A DNA stretch of 64,000 nucleotides. Origin: Alphaproteobacteria bacterium. Lineage in GTDB: Bacteria; Pseudomonadota; Alphaproteobacteria; UBA7985. Location of the stretch: NCBI GenBank assembly GCA_965660945.1, contig CBFIBS010000003.1, positions 1,843 to 65,842 on the forward strand. Reading direction: 5' to 3'. The translations under genes were made by a program, and so were the position numbers. Below the pieces are notes generated by a model, which made no database searches, was not told where the DNA came from, and saw only the letters and a program-made list of their open reading frames with translations. Shown in pieces: positions 1 through 10,163 of the stretch; position 1 is the stretch's first letter, and each line of letters starts with the position of its first letter.

Positions 1-723
1 GGCGTTTCAATTAAAGGATACAGCGGCAACGAAGACTACGCTGGCTGGAGACTGGCTGACGCCGGAGATATTGATGGCGATGGTAAATCCGATGTAATTG
101 TATCATCCCGGCACCATGATAGTAATCGCGGTGAGCTCTACTTGATATGGGGTGAAACGATTGCCGCTGAAAAGTTGGGCGACGGTGAGATCCAGCTCAG
201 TGACAACTACATCGACGGCGCAAATGGTGTACGGATTTCCGGATTAACCGCTGGTGAGAAATTCGGTTTTGATATCGCCGCACTCGGTGACCTTAATGGC
301 GGGGGAACACCCGATCTTCTCGTTACCAGTTCGAACCACTACAACGGCTCCGGAAGCAAGGGCCAAGCTTACGTCTTCTGGGGAGAACAGCTTGCAGCAG
401 AAAAGACGGGTGATGGCGTTCTAGAGCTAACAGAAAATGAATTTATCGATGGAGGTTATGGTGTTGTGATCACTGTCGATGAAATTGGTGGTAGGTTTGG
501 GCAGGTCGCTGCGAATGTTGGCGATGTTGATAACGATGGCCTCTCCGATATTGCAGTCTCAGCACGCTGGGATGATGGATTGGGGCTGATTGACGACAAT
601 ATAGAACAGGATGACGGTAACGTCGCATTGATATCGGGAGAAATGATCGTTGATGCTGCAAATGGCATTGGTGTGACCACGCCAGGTGTCATCAATATCG
701 TTGACGACTTTAACTGGGCCTAA
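1..723 (+). CDS. FG-GAP (integrin-alpha-like) repeat protein, C-terminal part; 5' end lies outside the window
   Basis: Frame 1 is open from nt 1 (GVSIKGYSGNEDYAGWRLADAGDIDGDGKSDVIVSS...). It carries repeated DxDGDGxxD / DVDNDGLSD calcium-binding-like FG-GAP motifs. Codon usage is notably AT-rich for this genome. Confidence 0.6.
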   Translation, partial: GVSIKGYSGNEDYAGWRLADAGDIDGDGKSDVIVSSRHHDSNRGELYLIWGETIAAEKLGDGEIQLSDNYIDGANGVRISGLTAGEKFGFDIAALGDLNGGGTPDLLVTSSNHYNGSGSKGQAYVFWGEQLAAEKTGDGVLELTENEFIDGGYGVVITVDEIGGRFGQVAANVGDVDNDGLSDIAVSARWDDGLGLIDDNIEQDDGNVALISGEMIVDAANGIGVTTPGVINIVDDFNWA

Positions 724-790
724 CCACGAGGTGCTGCATTGTAAATCGTTACCGTGAAGCACCACGCGCCGATAACGACACGGATGACAA

Positions 791-1867
791 TTGACCTCTG
801 AGCTTGATACATCAGTCGGCTTTTCCCAAGGCTGGGCCGGGTGGTTGAGGTCGCAAGATATCAGCCTGGCAGTCACCAGCTACAAGAGCGGCGGTCTCTA
901 CATCTTTGGAACCAAGCCAAGGATCGAAGGCGGTGGCCTCCAACCAGCAACTCTGCAGCGCTTTTTTGACCGCTCGATGGGTTTGGCCACGGGAAATAAC
1001 GAATTGTGGCTGACGACCCGAACATCGGTGTCTAAGTTCAGCCGCGTTACTGATCCGGGTATTGGCTTTAAGGACTTCGATGCGCTGTATCTGCCGCGTC
1101 TCAATCACTTTACCGGTGACATCGATGCGCACGAGATCGGCATCAGAACTGATGGCTCGCCCCTGATCGTAGCCACCAAGTTGAACAGCGTCGTTGCTCT
1201 GGACAACCGCTTTACCTGCGAGCCTGTCTACCGGCCGCCGTTCATTTCTGCGCTCAAGTCCGAAGACCGCTGCCACCTCAATGGACTGGCGATGCGGAAT
1301 GGCCGCCTGGCTTATGTCTCATCGATCGGGGTTGGTGACGTGGTCGACAGCTGGCGGGATCGTCGACATACAAGCGGGGTGATCGTCGATGTTACCAATG
1401 GTGAGGTAGTGCTCGATGGCCTTAGCATGCCGCATAGTCCTCGGCTCTTCGATGCCGGTGATGGAGAGCGGCTCTACTTCCTGAATTCTGGGCATGGCAC
1501 GCTGTGCCGCTTTGATCCCTCTGTCGGCAGCTCCAGCCTCGAGGAAGTCTGCTTTTTGCCGGGTTTCCAGCGCGGCCTCGCATTTCACGGCCAATTTGCC
1601 TTTGTGACCACAAGCCTGCCCGACAATCATACTACCGATAAGCTTCATTTTCTCGAAGAACTGGAGCGCCGAAATGCTCAACCTCAGTGTGCCGTGTTCG
1701 TAATCGACCTGATATCAGGGGGTATCGTTCACAGCGTAAGGTTCACCGGCCAAGTGACCGAGCTGTTCGATGTTGTCGTCCTCCCCGGGGTGGAGAGACC
1801 CTACCTGGTTGGCCTTAGCAACGACGAGATTGCCCAGTTCCACGCGTTTGACCAAGTGCATCGATAA
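791..1867 (+). CDS. Conserved hypothetical protein, TIGR03032/DUF4915-like (predicted beta-propeller)
   Basis: The N-terminal motif FSQGWAGWL..ISLAVTSYKSGGLYIFG matches the remembered TIGR03032 signature (F.S..F..WL...SLAFTTYQ.GKL.LIG). Start is TTG at 791, directly after an in-frame stop. Recalled from memory, not searched. Confidence 0.5.
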   Translation: MTSELDTSVGFSQGWAGWLRSQDISLAVTSYKSGGLYIFGTKPRIEGGGLQPATLQRFFDRSMGLATGNNELWLTTRTSVSKFSRVTDPGIGFKDFDALYLPRLNHFTGDIDAHEIGIRTDGSPLIVATKLNSVVALDNRFTCEPVYRPPFISALKSEDRCHLNGLAMRNGRLAYVSSIGVGDVVDSWRDRRHTSGVIVDVTNGEVVLDGLSMPHSPRLFDAGDGERLYFLNSGHGTLCRFDPSVGSSSLEEVCFLPGFQRGLAFHGQFAFVTTSLPDNHTTDKLHFLEELERRNAQPQCAVFVIDLISGGIVHSVRFTGQVTELFDVVVLPGVERPYLVGLSNDEIAQFHAFDQVHR

Positions 1868-2552
1868 CTTTTAGGGGTCGAAGGTAGTTTTTGAGCCCGT
1901 GAGTCAGGGGGCGGAGTTCCGCTGTTTCATGTTGTCTTCAGTACGATGTCTTTTCTTTACCGTACTGTTTCCTGTATCAGGTCCTGCTACATAAACTACT
2001 GAAATTGCATCAAATCAGCAGGTTAACGCCGTGATTATGGTAAATCCCACCCTCACCGCCATCCTCTTTCGCTTTATTGAGCTATAGCAAGCGAGGGTCG
2101 ACCCGCGTTCAAGCCGCTGTTTCCGAATTTGCTAATTTGGGCATCCCTTTGTGATGGTCCCAATTACTGATCCGGTGGTTTTCAGGGACGGCGCAAGACC
2201 GATCAAATCGATTATGTCTGGCTTGTATTTGATGAAATCGGCGAACGACCCCGAAATACATCTCTACAGTTTAAACCGAATGAATTTTTTAGGTCTAATT
2301 TTTCATACCAATTGGAATCGAAGAGAAATAACTATCCAAGAAATCGATGGCGTAGGCATATAAAGAGAAAATAAATCCTCTACTTCACTTACAGTGGTGA
2401 ATTTTGAAGCTCAGCGTTGCAAAGACTAACGCCAAATAACGCGATTAAAGATCATTCTAAGAAAACAGTCTCAACACAGGTGTGCCGCGTTGAAGCTGAA
2501 TGGACTGCTGGGTACACCGGCATCTTAGAATACTGCGCTAAAAGGTTATTAG
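1868..2552. other. AT-rich non-coding gap of about 680 bp with no convincing ORF
   Basis: Composition is far below the genome GC (runs such as ttaaaccgaatgaattttttaggtctaatttttcatacc). Only 70-90 aa ORFs are present and they lack protein-like features. Confidence 0.5.
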
Positions 2553-4799
2553 TTGAACCAGTCAAGGCCATATTTGACGCGCGCAAGCGATCAGAAATCA
2601 CGTCACGTTCGATTGAACCAGGCGGCTTCTTCGGTGGCCGGTGCTGCCGTGATCGCTGGCGCCTCGAGTGCGACGGCCTCGGCTGCTAGGGATGCGTTAG
2701 GTGGTCAGACTCTGCTCCTGCCCGAGCACTATGAGCTGATGGAAAACGGCGTGGTGGTGTTTAAGCTGGAAACCGGCGAGAACCTGAGCCTGACCGCTGG
2801 CCAGTACCTGATCTTCGAAGACGGCCTGCTGCTGGTCACCGACGCAATGGCGCAGGCGTCGATCTCCAGCCTGCCGGTGATGGGCGCTGTGCGAGCGCAG
2901 TTGCTCTCAGACCTTGAAACCGTCGCCACCATTGATGGTACCGTTGCCGAGGCTACGCCGGCTCAGGCCCGCTCAATTACAGAAGGGACAGCACCACGCC
3001 TGTCCGAACAGGTTGACCTGCAAACCTACGAGATCGGGCAGGCCAGTGATGACCCATCTGGCGACGTTGGTGAAGCGATTGCCGTCGGCTTGTCTGTCTC
3101 CCCTGGTGCCATGGCGCTGCTGGGTATGCTCATGACCAGCGATCAGCCACAGGTGCAGCCCGCCCCAACCTACAACAGTTTCGCGATCCGCTTCGATGGT
3201 ATTGAACAGAACGATTACAGCGGTTGGAAGGTCAGCGGTGCTGGCGATGTCGACAGCGATGGTCTGAGTGACATTTTGATTTCCGGAACCTGGGCCGATC
3301 CCGGAGGCTACAATAAGGCCGGCGAAACCTATTTGGTCTTCGGGTCGGCATTTGCTTTCGGCACCGATGAGCCGCACTCCAGTCTCACCCTCGGTCTCGA
3401 CCAGCTGAATGGCGCCAACGGCATTCGGTTCATCGGGATAGATGCTGATGACGAGAGTGCCTACGCCCTCAGCGGCGGCGGGGACATGGATGGGGATGGC
3501 TTTGATGACATCCTGATCGGGGCCTATGCCGCAGATAATGATAAGGGCGAAGCCTATATCGTCTTTGGTTCCTACATAAACGCACTAAAGGACGCACAGA
3601 CCAGCAGCGTGAATCTCAGTCTGCTCAACGGAGAGCGGGGCCTTGTTGTCTCTGATTCCGGGGCTAGCGCTGCAGATGCCCTAACCCTCGAAGATAGCCT
3701 TAGCTCCGCGGGTGATGTCGATGGCGATGGGCTGGACGATCTGCTGATTGCAGCGCCCGAAGCGATGGGGGGCGACGGGGAGGCTTACGTCGTTTTTGGC
3801 TCCCACATAAAGGCTCTGAAGCAGTCCAGCACAAAAGACCTCGACCTGGCGGCCTTGGATGGCGATACGGGCATCCTGATCGAAAGTGCTGAGGCTGGCA
3901 GCAAGACCGGCCTAGCCGTTGAGCGTGCTGGTGATGTCGATGGCGATGGTTTGGCCGATATCGTTATCGGGGCACCCTATGCCGACTTAGCGGACAACAA
4001 TGGAGCGGCGTACCTGGTTTTCGGATCACACCTTCAGCAGCTCAAACTCGCTTCCACAGACACCTTCGACCTGTCCGATATTAATGGTGTAAACGGCATC
4101 GCGATCGTAGGAGCGCCCGACGACAGCTGGGCAGGCTGGCACGTGTCCACCGCGGGAGATGTCGACGGCGACGGCCTCAGTGACCTTCTGATCAGTGCCC
4201 CCTACGCGGGTTCACCCGATAATGCCGGGGAGACCTATTTGGTCTTTGGCTCTCATCTCAACAGCATGAAGCAGTCGGGAAGCGGATCGCTGGACCTGAG
4301 CGCTCTTGATGGGACCAGCGGCATGCTCATTCGTGGTGTAGAAGAAGACAGCTATAGCGGATGGACCGCAGAAGCCGCGGGGGATATCAATCTCGATGGC
4401 CTGGGCGACATCTTCATCAGTGTGCCTTACTCGGGACCGGTGGGCCGATCTGATGCGGGGTCGGTCGAGGTTATTTTTGGCTCCTTTCTGACTGAAGCGA
4501 AAAATTCAGGCACAGCGTCCTTCGATATTGGCACAGGGCCAAACCCTGGACGTGGCGTCGTCATCTACGGCACGACGGCAGACTTCGAGACGGGCGAAGA
4601 TACGTCCTGGATCGGCGATTTCAATGGCGATGGAAAGCCCGACCTTCTGCTGGGTGCGGAGGATGCCAATCCGGGCGGTGTCTCCAATGCAGGCTCCAGT
4701 TATCTCATTTCAGGCCATACAATCGATCTCGCGGCCGATGGCATCGGCGTGGCTGATGCGGGTCTCATCGATTTGCTTACAGACTTCAACCTTGGCTGA
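2553..4799 (+). CDS. Large FG-GAP repeat protein (about 700-750 aa); true start uncertain
   Basis: At least 7 repeats of GDVDGDGLxDLLIGAP / YxxGxxGxAYLVFGS, typical of FG-GAP/integrin-alpha propellers. Its C-terminal tail is related to that of the upstream partial FG-GAP protein. First in-frame start is TTG 2553; alternatives are GTG about 2633 or ATG 2741. Confidence 0.6.
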   Translation: MNQSRPYLTRASDQKSRHVRLNQAASSVAGAAVIAGASSATASAARDALGGQTLLLPEHYELMENGVVVFKLETGENLSLTAGQYLIFEDGLLLVTDAMAQASISSLPVMGAVRAQLLSDLETVATIDGTVAEATPAQARSITEGTAPRLSEQVDLQTYEIGQASDDPSGDVGEAIAVGLSVSPGAMALLGMLMTSDQPQVQPAPTYNSFAIRFDGIEQNDYSGWKVSGAGDVDSDGLSDILISGTWADPGGYNKAGETYLVFGSAFAFGTDEPHSSLTLGLDQLNGANGIRFIGIDADDESAYALSGGGDMDGDGFDDILIGAYAADNDKGEAYIVFGSYINALKDAQTSSVNLSLLNGERGLVVSDSGASAADALTLEDSLSSAGDVDGDGLDDLLIAAPEAMGGDGEAYVVFGSHIKALKQSSTKDLDLAALDGDTGILIESAEAGSKTGLAVERAGDVDGDGLADIVIGAPYADLADNNGAAYLVFGSHLQQLKLASTDTFDLSDINGVNGIAIVGAPDDSWAGWHVSTAGDVDGDGLSDLLISAPYAGSPDNAGETYLVFGSHLNSMKQSGSGSLDLSALDGTSGMLIRGVEEDSYSGWTAEAAGDINLDGLGDIFISVPYSGPVGRSDAGSVEVIFGSFLTEAKNSGTASFDIGTGPNPGRGVVIYGTTADFETGEDTSWIGDFNGDGKPDLLLGAEDANPGGVSNAGSSYLISGHTIDLAADGIGVADAGLIDLLTDFNLG

Positions 4800-4933
4800 T
4801 TGCGAATCATCAAGCCGCTTCACTTGAGCCTGAACAGTGCGGCAATCTGGTCATTCGCATCACGGCTGCGAGATGGCTTCGCGAGCGCTTAGCGCCGGTC
4901 TTGAAGGCTTCGGTCAATCTGGCCGAGGACCGG

Positions 4934-5317
4934 TCAGCGGTCGAAAACCAGCCATTTCATCACCCAGAAATTCACCAGCACAGTGATCACGGAAGCGGTG
5001 ATCTGCGACGGCCACACCCACAGGCCGACCTGCTCGTTGAGCAGGAACATGCAGGTGGTGTTGACGCAAAAACCGAAGGCGACGGCGCCGTAGAAGCGTA
5101 GGATGGTCGAGCCATGCCGATGCTGACTGCGGAACGAATAGATGTAGTTGAGGATGTAGTTGACCACCGACCCGGCCAGATATCCCAGCGCAGAAGCGAG
5201 GGTGGGGTAGAGGTCCAGCCACCCGATCAGCAGGCCGAAAACGCTGTACTGACCGCAGAACGACGCCAGTGCGACCAGCACGTATCTGATGAACTGGGTT
5301 CGTGTTTCCGGGTTCAA
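4934..5317 (-). CDS. GtrA family membrane protein (polysaccharide/bactoprenol-sugar translocation)
   Basis: 127 aa with 4 TM segments and the GtrA-like pattern (YxxVGxxxxxxNyxxxxxLxF). Confidence 0.6.
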   Translation of the reverse strand: MNPETRTQFIRYVLVALASFCGQYSVFGLLIGWLDLYPTLASALGYLAGSVVNYILNYIYSFRSQHRHGSTILRFYGAVAFGFCVNTTCMFLLNEQVGLWVWPSQITASVITVLVNFWVMKWLVFDR

Positions 5318-5441
5318 GACTGATCCTACGCCTTCCGTCCAAGTTCGTTATGCTTTGCCAAACTAATGCTATCGCAATACAGTTTGCATCGCGTAATGTT
5401 TGACCCGTCAAGTCTATGATCTTTTGTCCCGGGAGGGGAAC

Positions 5442-5852
5442 ATGGTTTCTAACTTTGGTAACATTCTCAATCTCATTATCTTTCTGGTGCTGACGGCGGG
5501 GTGGGCCTTCTATGCCTTCCAGATGATCTTCGGCACGCGGGCCTTCTTCGACCGCTTCAACATGAACCACTCAGCGCTGATCATGGGGCGGTTCGTGGGC
5601 TCCTTCGCGGCCGGCGCCGTGATCCTGCACCTGGTCATCCTGTTCAATGGAGCGACCGGGGCGTGGTTCCTGTTCACCTACTTCCTGACGCAAGGTGTGA
5701 TCGCGGCTCTGCTCAGCCTTTGGTCAATCCAGTCCAAGGACGGTGTCGATGAAGGGGTGAAGTACACCTTCGAGCCGGTTGTCGCTCCACTGGTGTTCTG
5801 CGCGGGCTATGCCTTCCTGCTGTGGAGCATGAGCGGCATTCTCTACGCCTAG
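5442..5852 (+). CDS. Hypothetical integral membrane protein
   Basis: ATG at 5442 is preceded by GGGAGGGGAA. Four hydrophobic helices. No recognisable family. Confidence 0.45.
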   Translation: MVSNFGNILNLIIFLVLTAGWAFYAFQMIFGTRAFFDRFNMNHSALIMGRFVGSFAAGAVILHLVILFNGATGAWFLFTYFLTQGVIAALLSLWSIQSKDGVDEGVKYTFEPVVAPLVFCAGYAFLLWSMSGILYA

Positions 5853-5935
5853 AGCCAACAGCGCCCGTCAAACGGCGACCCTGTTACCACCGCGCCAGCC
5901 CTGCCAATCGCAGCGCGGGCGCGGTTTTTTTATGC

Positions 5936-7252
5936 TCAGACGTAGCGGTTAACGATGTTTTCTAGCAGCTCCTGCCGGCCCGATACCGGCTGGGGACGAA
6001 TGTCGTCCCCGGTCACGGTGGCGCGCAGGGTGTCGAGCGTGGTGTCCTCTGACAGGCATGCGGCACCCAGCGGGCCGTCCCAGCCCGCGTAGCGCTCGGC
6101 CATAGGCGTGCTAAGCGCGCCGTCTGCGAGCATGGCAGCAGCAGCCTTGAACCCGCGTGCGCAGGTGTCCATGCCGCCGACGTGGGCGATCAGCAGGTCC
6201 TGCGGGTCCATGCTCTGCCGGCGCAGCTTGGCGTCGAAGTTGGTGCCGCCGCTGGCAAAACCCCCGCCGCGCAGGATCTCGTAGTAGGCCAGCGCCACTT
6301 CCGGCACGTTGTTCGGGAACTGGTCGGTGTCCCAGCCGGACTGGTAGTCGTTCCGGTTCATGTCGATCGAGCCGAAGATACCCAGCGACTGCGCCAGCGC
6401 GATTTCGTGCTCGAAGGTATGACCGGCGAGGATAGCGTGGCCCTGCTCGATATTTACCCGAACCTCGTCTTCCAGCCCGTGACGGCGCAGGAAGCCGTAA
6501 ACCGTGGCGACATCGAAGTCGTACTGATGCTTGGTCGGCTCCTGGGGCTTGGGTTCGATCAGGATCGTCCCCTTGAAGCCGATGCGGTGCTTATACTCGA
6601 CCACCTGATTGAGGAAGCGGCCCATCTGGTCCAGCTCTCGGCTCAGGTCGGTGTTGAGCAGGGTTTCGTAGCCCTCTCGCCCGCCCCAGAGAACGTAGTT
6701 CTCCCCACCCAGCTGGTGGGTGACATCCAGACAGCTGGCCACGGTCGCCGCCGCGTAGGCGTAGACCTCCGGGTCAGGGTTGGTTGCTGCCCCGGCCATG
6801 AACCGCGGATGGCTGAACAGGTTCGCCGTCCCCCACAGCAGCTTGACGCCGCTGTCCTGCATCTTGCCGGCGAGCACGTCGGCGACTTCGCGCAGGTTGC
6901 GGTCACTCTCGGCGAAGCTGTCGCCTTCGGGTCGGGCGTCGACATCGTGGAAGCAGAAGTAGGGTACGCCCAGCGCCGTGAACATCTCGAAGGCGGCGTC
7001 GGCGCGGGCGCGGGCCACGTCCATGGGGCTGCCCAGCGCCGCGGCGTTCCAGGCGCGTGGGAAGGCGTTGGCGCCGAAGACGTCGCTGCCTTCCCAGACC
7101 ATATTGTGCCAGTAGCAGACCGCGAAGCGCAGATGCTCGGCCAGCGTCTTGCCCATGATCACTTCGCCCGCATCATAGTGGCGGAAGGCGAGGGGGTTTG
7201 TCGCGGTGGAGCCTTCGAAGGCGATGGGTTGATCCAGATTGAAGTACGACAC
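5936..7252 (-). CDS. xylA: Xylose isomerase
   Basis: 438 aa. N-terminus [27 protein letters not shown]... and the FCFHD and WGGREGY motifs are classic XylA. Confidence 0.9.
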   Translation of the reverse strand: MSYFNLDQPIAFEGSTATNPLAFRHYDAGEVIMGKTLAEHLRFAVCYWHNMVWEGSDVFGANAFPRAWNAAALGSPMDVARARADAAFEMFTALGVPYFCFHDVDARPEGDSFAESDRNLREVADVLAGKMQDSGVKLLWGTANLFSHPRFMAGAATNPDPEVYAYAAATVASCLDVTHQLGGENYVLWGGREGYETLLNTDLSRELDQMGRFLNQVVEYKHRIGFKGTILIEPKPQEPTKHQYDFDVATVYGFLRRHGLEDEVRVNIEQGHAILAGHTFEHEIALAQSLGIFGSIDMNRNDYQSGWDTDQFPNNVPEVALAYYEILRGGGFASGGTNFDAKLRRQSMDPQDLLIAHVGGMDTCARGFKAAAAMLADGALSTPMAERYAGWDGPLGAACLSEDTTLDTLRATVTGDDIRPQPVSGRQELLENIVNRYV

Positions 7253-7257
7253 GGGTG

Positions 7258-8718
7258 CTAAACCTCCTTCAAGGCATTGAACAGATCGCGGTAACGCTGC
7301 ACGGCGGCGCGGTAGGCGGGGAAGGTTTCGGGCCGGGGCTGGATGGTTTCCAGATCATCCGGGGCCGGCGCTGCATCGATGACCTCGACGACGCTGCGCC
7401 CGCTGGCGGCTGCCATGGCCAGCCGCGCCCCGCCCAGTGCAGCAGCGTGCTCGGCCTGCGGGTTCAGGGTCAGCGGGCGTTCGAGCACGTCCGCCAGCGT
7501 CTGCAGCCAGAAGTGCGAGCGCGCACCACCGCCCACGGCGGTGAGTTTCTCGATCTGCGCCCCGGCGGTGGTCAGCGCGGCGGCGCAGTCGGCAAGGCTG
7601 TAGGCGACCCCCTCCATCACCGCGCGGGTCATGGCCTGCGGACCGTGGCTGCGGGAAAGGCCGAAGAACCCGCCGGCGGGTCGGTCGAGATTGTGGGGGG
7701 TCCGCTCTCCGGCCAGATAGGGCAGGAACAGCACGTCCCCGGGGCCATCGGCGTTCTCATCCTGAGGTGCCCCGGCCAGCGCATCTGACAGTGCACCGGG
7801 CGTCGTGCCCAGCAGGTCGGCGAGCCAGCTCAGGCTGTCGGTCGCAGTCAGGGTCACGCCCATCTGAATATAACGCCTGGCGGCGGCGTGGCTGAAGCTG
7901 TGCACGGCGGTATCGGCGTCGGGGGTCCAGCGCTCGTTGACGGTGAGCAGCACGCCCGAGGTGCCGAGCGAGACCTGACCTTCGCCATTCTTCACCGCCC
8001 CGATGCCCAGACTGGCGGCGGCGTTATCGCCCGCCCCGCCAGCAACCACGCAGGCCGGGTCGAGGCCGAAGCGCTCGGCGATTGCCGTGCGTACTGACCC
8101 GCGCGGGCTGTCGCTGTTGATGACCGGGGGCAGCAGGTCGGGGGACAGCCCCGCCGCCGCGCACAGGGCCGGGCTCCAGTCGCCCTTGTCGGGGTCGAAC
8201 AGCGCCGAGCCGGCTGCGTCCGAGGGCTCGCAGTTCAGCGTGCCAGTGAGCCAGTGGGCGAGGAAGTCCTTGGGGAACAGGACCCGTTCCGTCCGGGCCC
8301 AGTGCGCCGGCTCGTGATCCCGGACCCAGGCTAGCTTGGGTGCGGAAAAGCCGGGAAAGACGATGGTGCCGGAGATGGCGCGGAAGGCCGGGTCGGCGTC
8401 CATGGCCGCAGCTTCGGCACCGGCCCGGGTGTCGTTCCAGAGCAGGCAGGGTCGCACCACCTCCCCGGCTGCGTCCAGCAGCACCACACCGTGCATGTGC
8501 CCGGCGATGCCGATCGCCTGCACCGAGCCTAGGTGCTCGGAGAGTTCGTCCAGCACCTGTGAGCACGCGGCGATCCAGTCGGCGGGATCCTGCTCGGACC
8601 AGCCCGGGGACGGGCGGGCGCTCTCGAGCGGTGCGGTGGCAACGGCAACCACGCCGTGGCCCTCGTCGAGCAACAGCGCCTTCAGTCCTGAAGTGCCAAG
8701 GTCCAGACCCAGATACAT
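7258..8718 (-). CDS. xylB: Xylulokinase (FGGY carbohydrate kinase)
   Basis: [16 protein letters not shown]... HGVVLLD... N-terminal FGGY signature. Lies immediately upstream of xylA on the same strand with a 5-nt gap. Confidence 0.85.
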   Translation of the reverse strand: MYLGLDLGTSGLKALLLDEGHGVVAVATAPLESARPSPGWSEQDPADWIAACSQVLDELSEHLGSVQAIGIAGHMHGVVLLDAAGEVVRPCLLWNDTRAGAEAAAMDADPAFRAISGTIVFPGFSAPKLAWVRDHEPAHWARTERVLFPKDFLAHWLTGTLNCEPSDAAGSALFDPDKGDWSPALCAAAGLSPDLLPPVINSDSPRGSVRTAIAERFGLDPACVVAGGAGDNAAASLGIGAVKNGEGQVSLGTSGVLLTVNERWTPDADTAVHSFSHAAARRYIQMGVTLTATDSLSWLADLLGTTPGALSDALAGAPQDENADGPGDVLFLPYLAGERTPHNLDRPAGGFFGLSRSHGPQAMTRAVMEGVAYSLADCAAALTTAGAQIEKLTAVGGGARSHFWLQTLADVLERPLTLNPQAEHAAALGGARLAMAAASGRSVVEVIDAAPAPDDLETIQPRPETFPAYRAAVQRYRDLFNALKEV

Positions 8719-8900
8719 GAATACTATCCATCAGTCGGTCGTTGACGCGGCGGAACAGACTGACTGACGGACCAGAGGCTCAGGGGAGCAGTCCGCGGAT
8801 GCCGCGCATGCAGATGGCAGCAACCTAACGACCGCAGCTCCCGGTGCCTAGCCTCTCCCGCAACTCAGCGGGCTTTAGGCACGGTCATAATGCCAAGCCT

Positions 8901-9173
8901 TTATTCCGGATGGCAGCGGAACAGCTCGACGCTGATCTCTGCACGCGTGTCGAAGGCGACGCTTTCCTCGCCAGCAACATGCGCATCCATCTTCGGCATG
9001 TCGGCTTCGTCCATCTCCAGCGTAATGATCGCCTGACGGTCGCTGAGGGCGGCAACCTGCTTCGACTGCGTGAAAGCATGGGTGTACTTCTCGTGCATCA
9101 CCGCTTCGTGTGCGATCCAGTCTGCGGACGTCATGTCCGGATTGTTGACGGTGATAATGGCCATGAAACGCAT
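8901..9173 (-). CDS. Small protein resembling muconolactone delta-isomerase (MIase family), about 90 aa
   Basis: N-terminus MRFMAIITVNNPDM resembles CatC MLFHVKMTVNLPxDM. C-terminus FRCHPE resembles CatC CRHPS. The middle region is divergent. Recalled from memory. Confidence 0.35.
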   Translation of the reverse strand: MRFMAIITVNNPDMTSADWIAHEAVMHEKYTHAFTQSKQVAALSDRQAIITLEMDEADMPKMDAHVAGEESVAFDTRAEISVELFRCHPE

Positions 9174-9282
9174 GGGTCAGTCCTGTCGTGGTCGAATGTC
9201 TGCAAGGGCCGAAGGCAGAGCGGGCGGGGGACTGCACGGAGTCCGCCCGCCCGCACCCGCCGAAGCGGGCAAAAAGCCAGTC

Positions 9283-9717
9283 TTACTTTTCGGAGAAGTC
9301 GGTGTTCGGCAGCCAGATCGTGCCCAGAGCGATGAGCAGGAAGATCAGGGTAAAGGCCGTCGTTCCGATATCACCGAACACGTTCTGCTGCGCTGGCAGG
9401 ACATCGCCAGCCGAGACGCCGAACTCTGCGATGTAGGCTTGGGTGTTTGCCGTCAGCGTCGCACCTGCAGCCTGCGCGTCGGCGAGGCGGAGGGCCGTCA
9501 GCTGCTCAAGCTGTGGGCGCAGGGAACCAACGCTCAGGCTGAAGAAACCGATGATCAGGCTGAACAGCGACACCAGCCCCTTGGCAATGATGTTGTTCTG
9601 ACGGGCAAAGCGCGCCGCGCGAAAGACAATGAAGACGCCGATGATAACAGCGATCTGGAACAGGCCGTTGGCGATGTAACCTTGGGTCTGCGCGTTGAAA
9701 ATCTCTAGTTCTTCCAT
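9283..9717 (-). CDS. Hypothetical membrane protein (3 predicted TM helices)
   Basis: Hydrophobic segments IAVIIGVFIVF, LVSLFSLIIGFFSL and AFTLIFLLIALGTIWL. No family recognised. Confidence 0.45.
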   Translation of the reverse strand: MEELEIFNAQTQGYIANGLFQIAVIIGVFIVFRAARFARQNNIIAKGLVSLFSLIIGFFSLSVGSLRPQLEQLTALRLADAQAAGATLTANTQAYIAEFGVSAGDVLPAQQNVFGDIGTTAFTLIFLLIALGTIWLPNTDFSEK

Positions 9718-10163
9718 GGGACTTGGGCTCCAGCTGGAATTTCAGGTTCAGCTGCCCGGGTCCAGCGGCTGGTCCGGCAGAAGTTCGGATAGTGCCTTTT
9801 TCGGCTTGTCACTCCCCCTGCTTTACCGGTCACTCAACCCGTCAGCTCCCCGGTTTTACCTTAAGATTACGCGAATCAAAATGCATTTAGACTGCAAACA
9901 TCCTAATTTTCTTAATTGAGGCCTAGAAAGTTCTCGTTTTTCTAATTTAGAGACAGAAGTACGAAAACCAGCCTTCCCGGTGCCTTGAAGCCGGACTGTT
10001 AACCGCGATCCGAACGATGCCGCGCAGCAGAGTCGGCCGTCGCCACTCAGCCGCTGTTTTCATCACGGCCGGCATCACATTCGGCCCTGTGGCTATCAAA
10101 TCCGCGAAATCATCATGAGCCCGGCGCTTGACGCAGCGCGGCGCGGGCGGTTGTTTGGCGGCT

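Noticed and set aside
2151-2689. 70-aa and 90-aa ORFs inside the AT-rich gap
   Set aside because: No RBS or protein-like composition. More likely non-coding spacer. Kept as a finding about the region instead.
4914-5570. 218-aa minus-strand ORF overlapping gtrA
   Set aside because: Arg/Pro-rich artefact. The GtrA frame has clean TM helices.
6182-7261. 359-aa plus-strand ORF entirely inside xylA, on the antisense strand
   Set aside because: Low-complexity Arg/Ala/Gly-rich translation typical of GC-rich antisense frames. xylA on the other strand is unambiguous.
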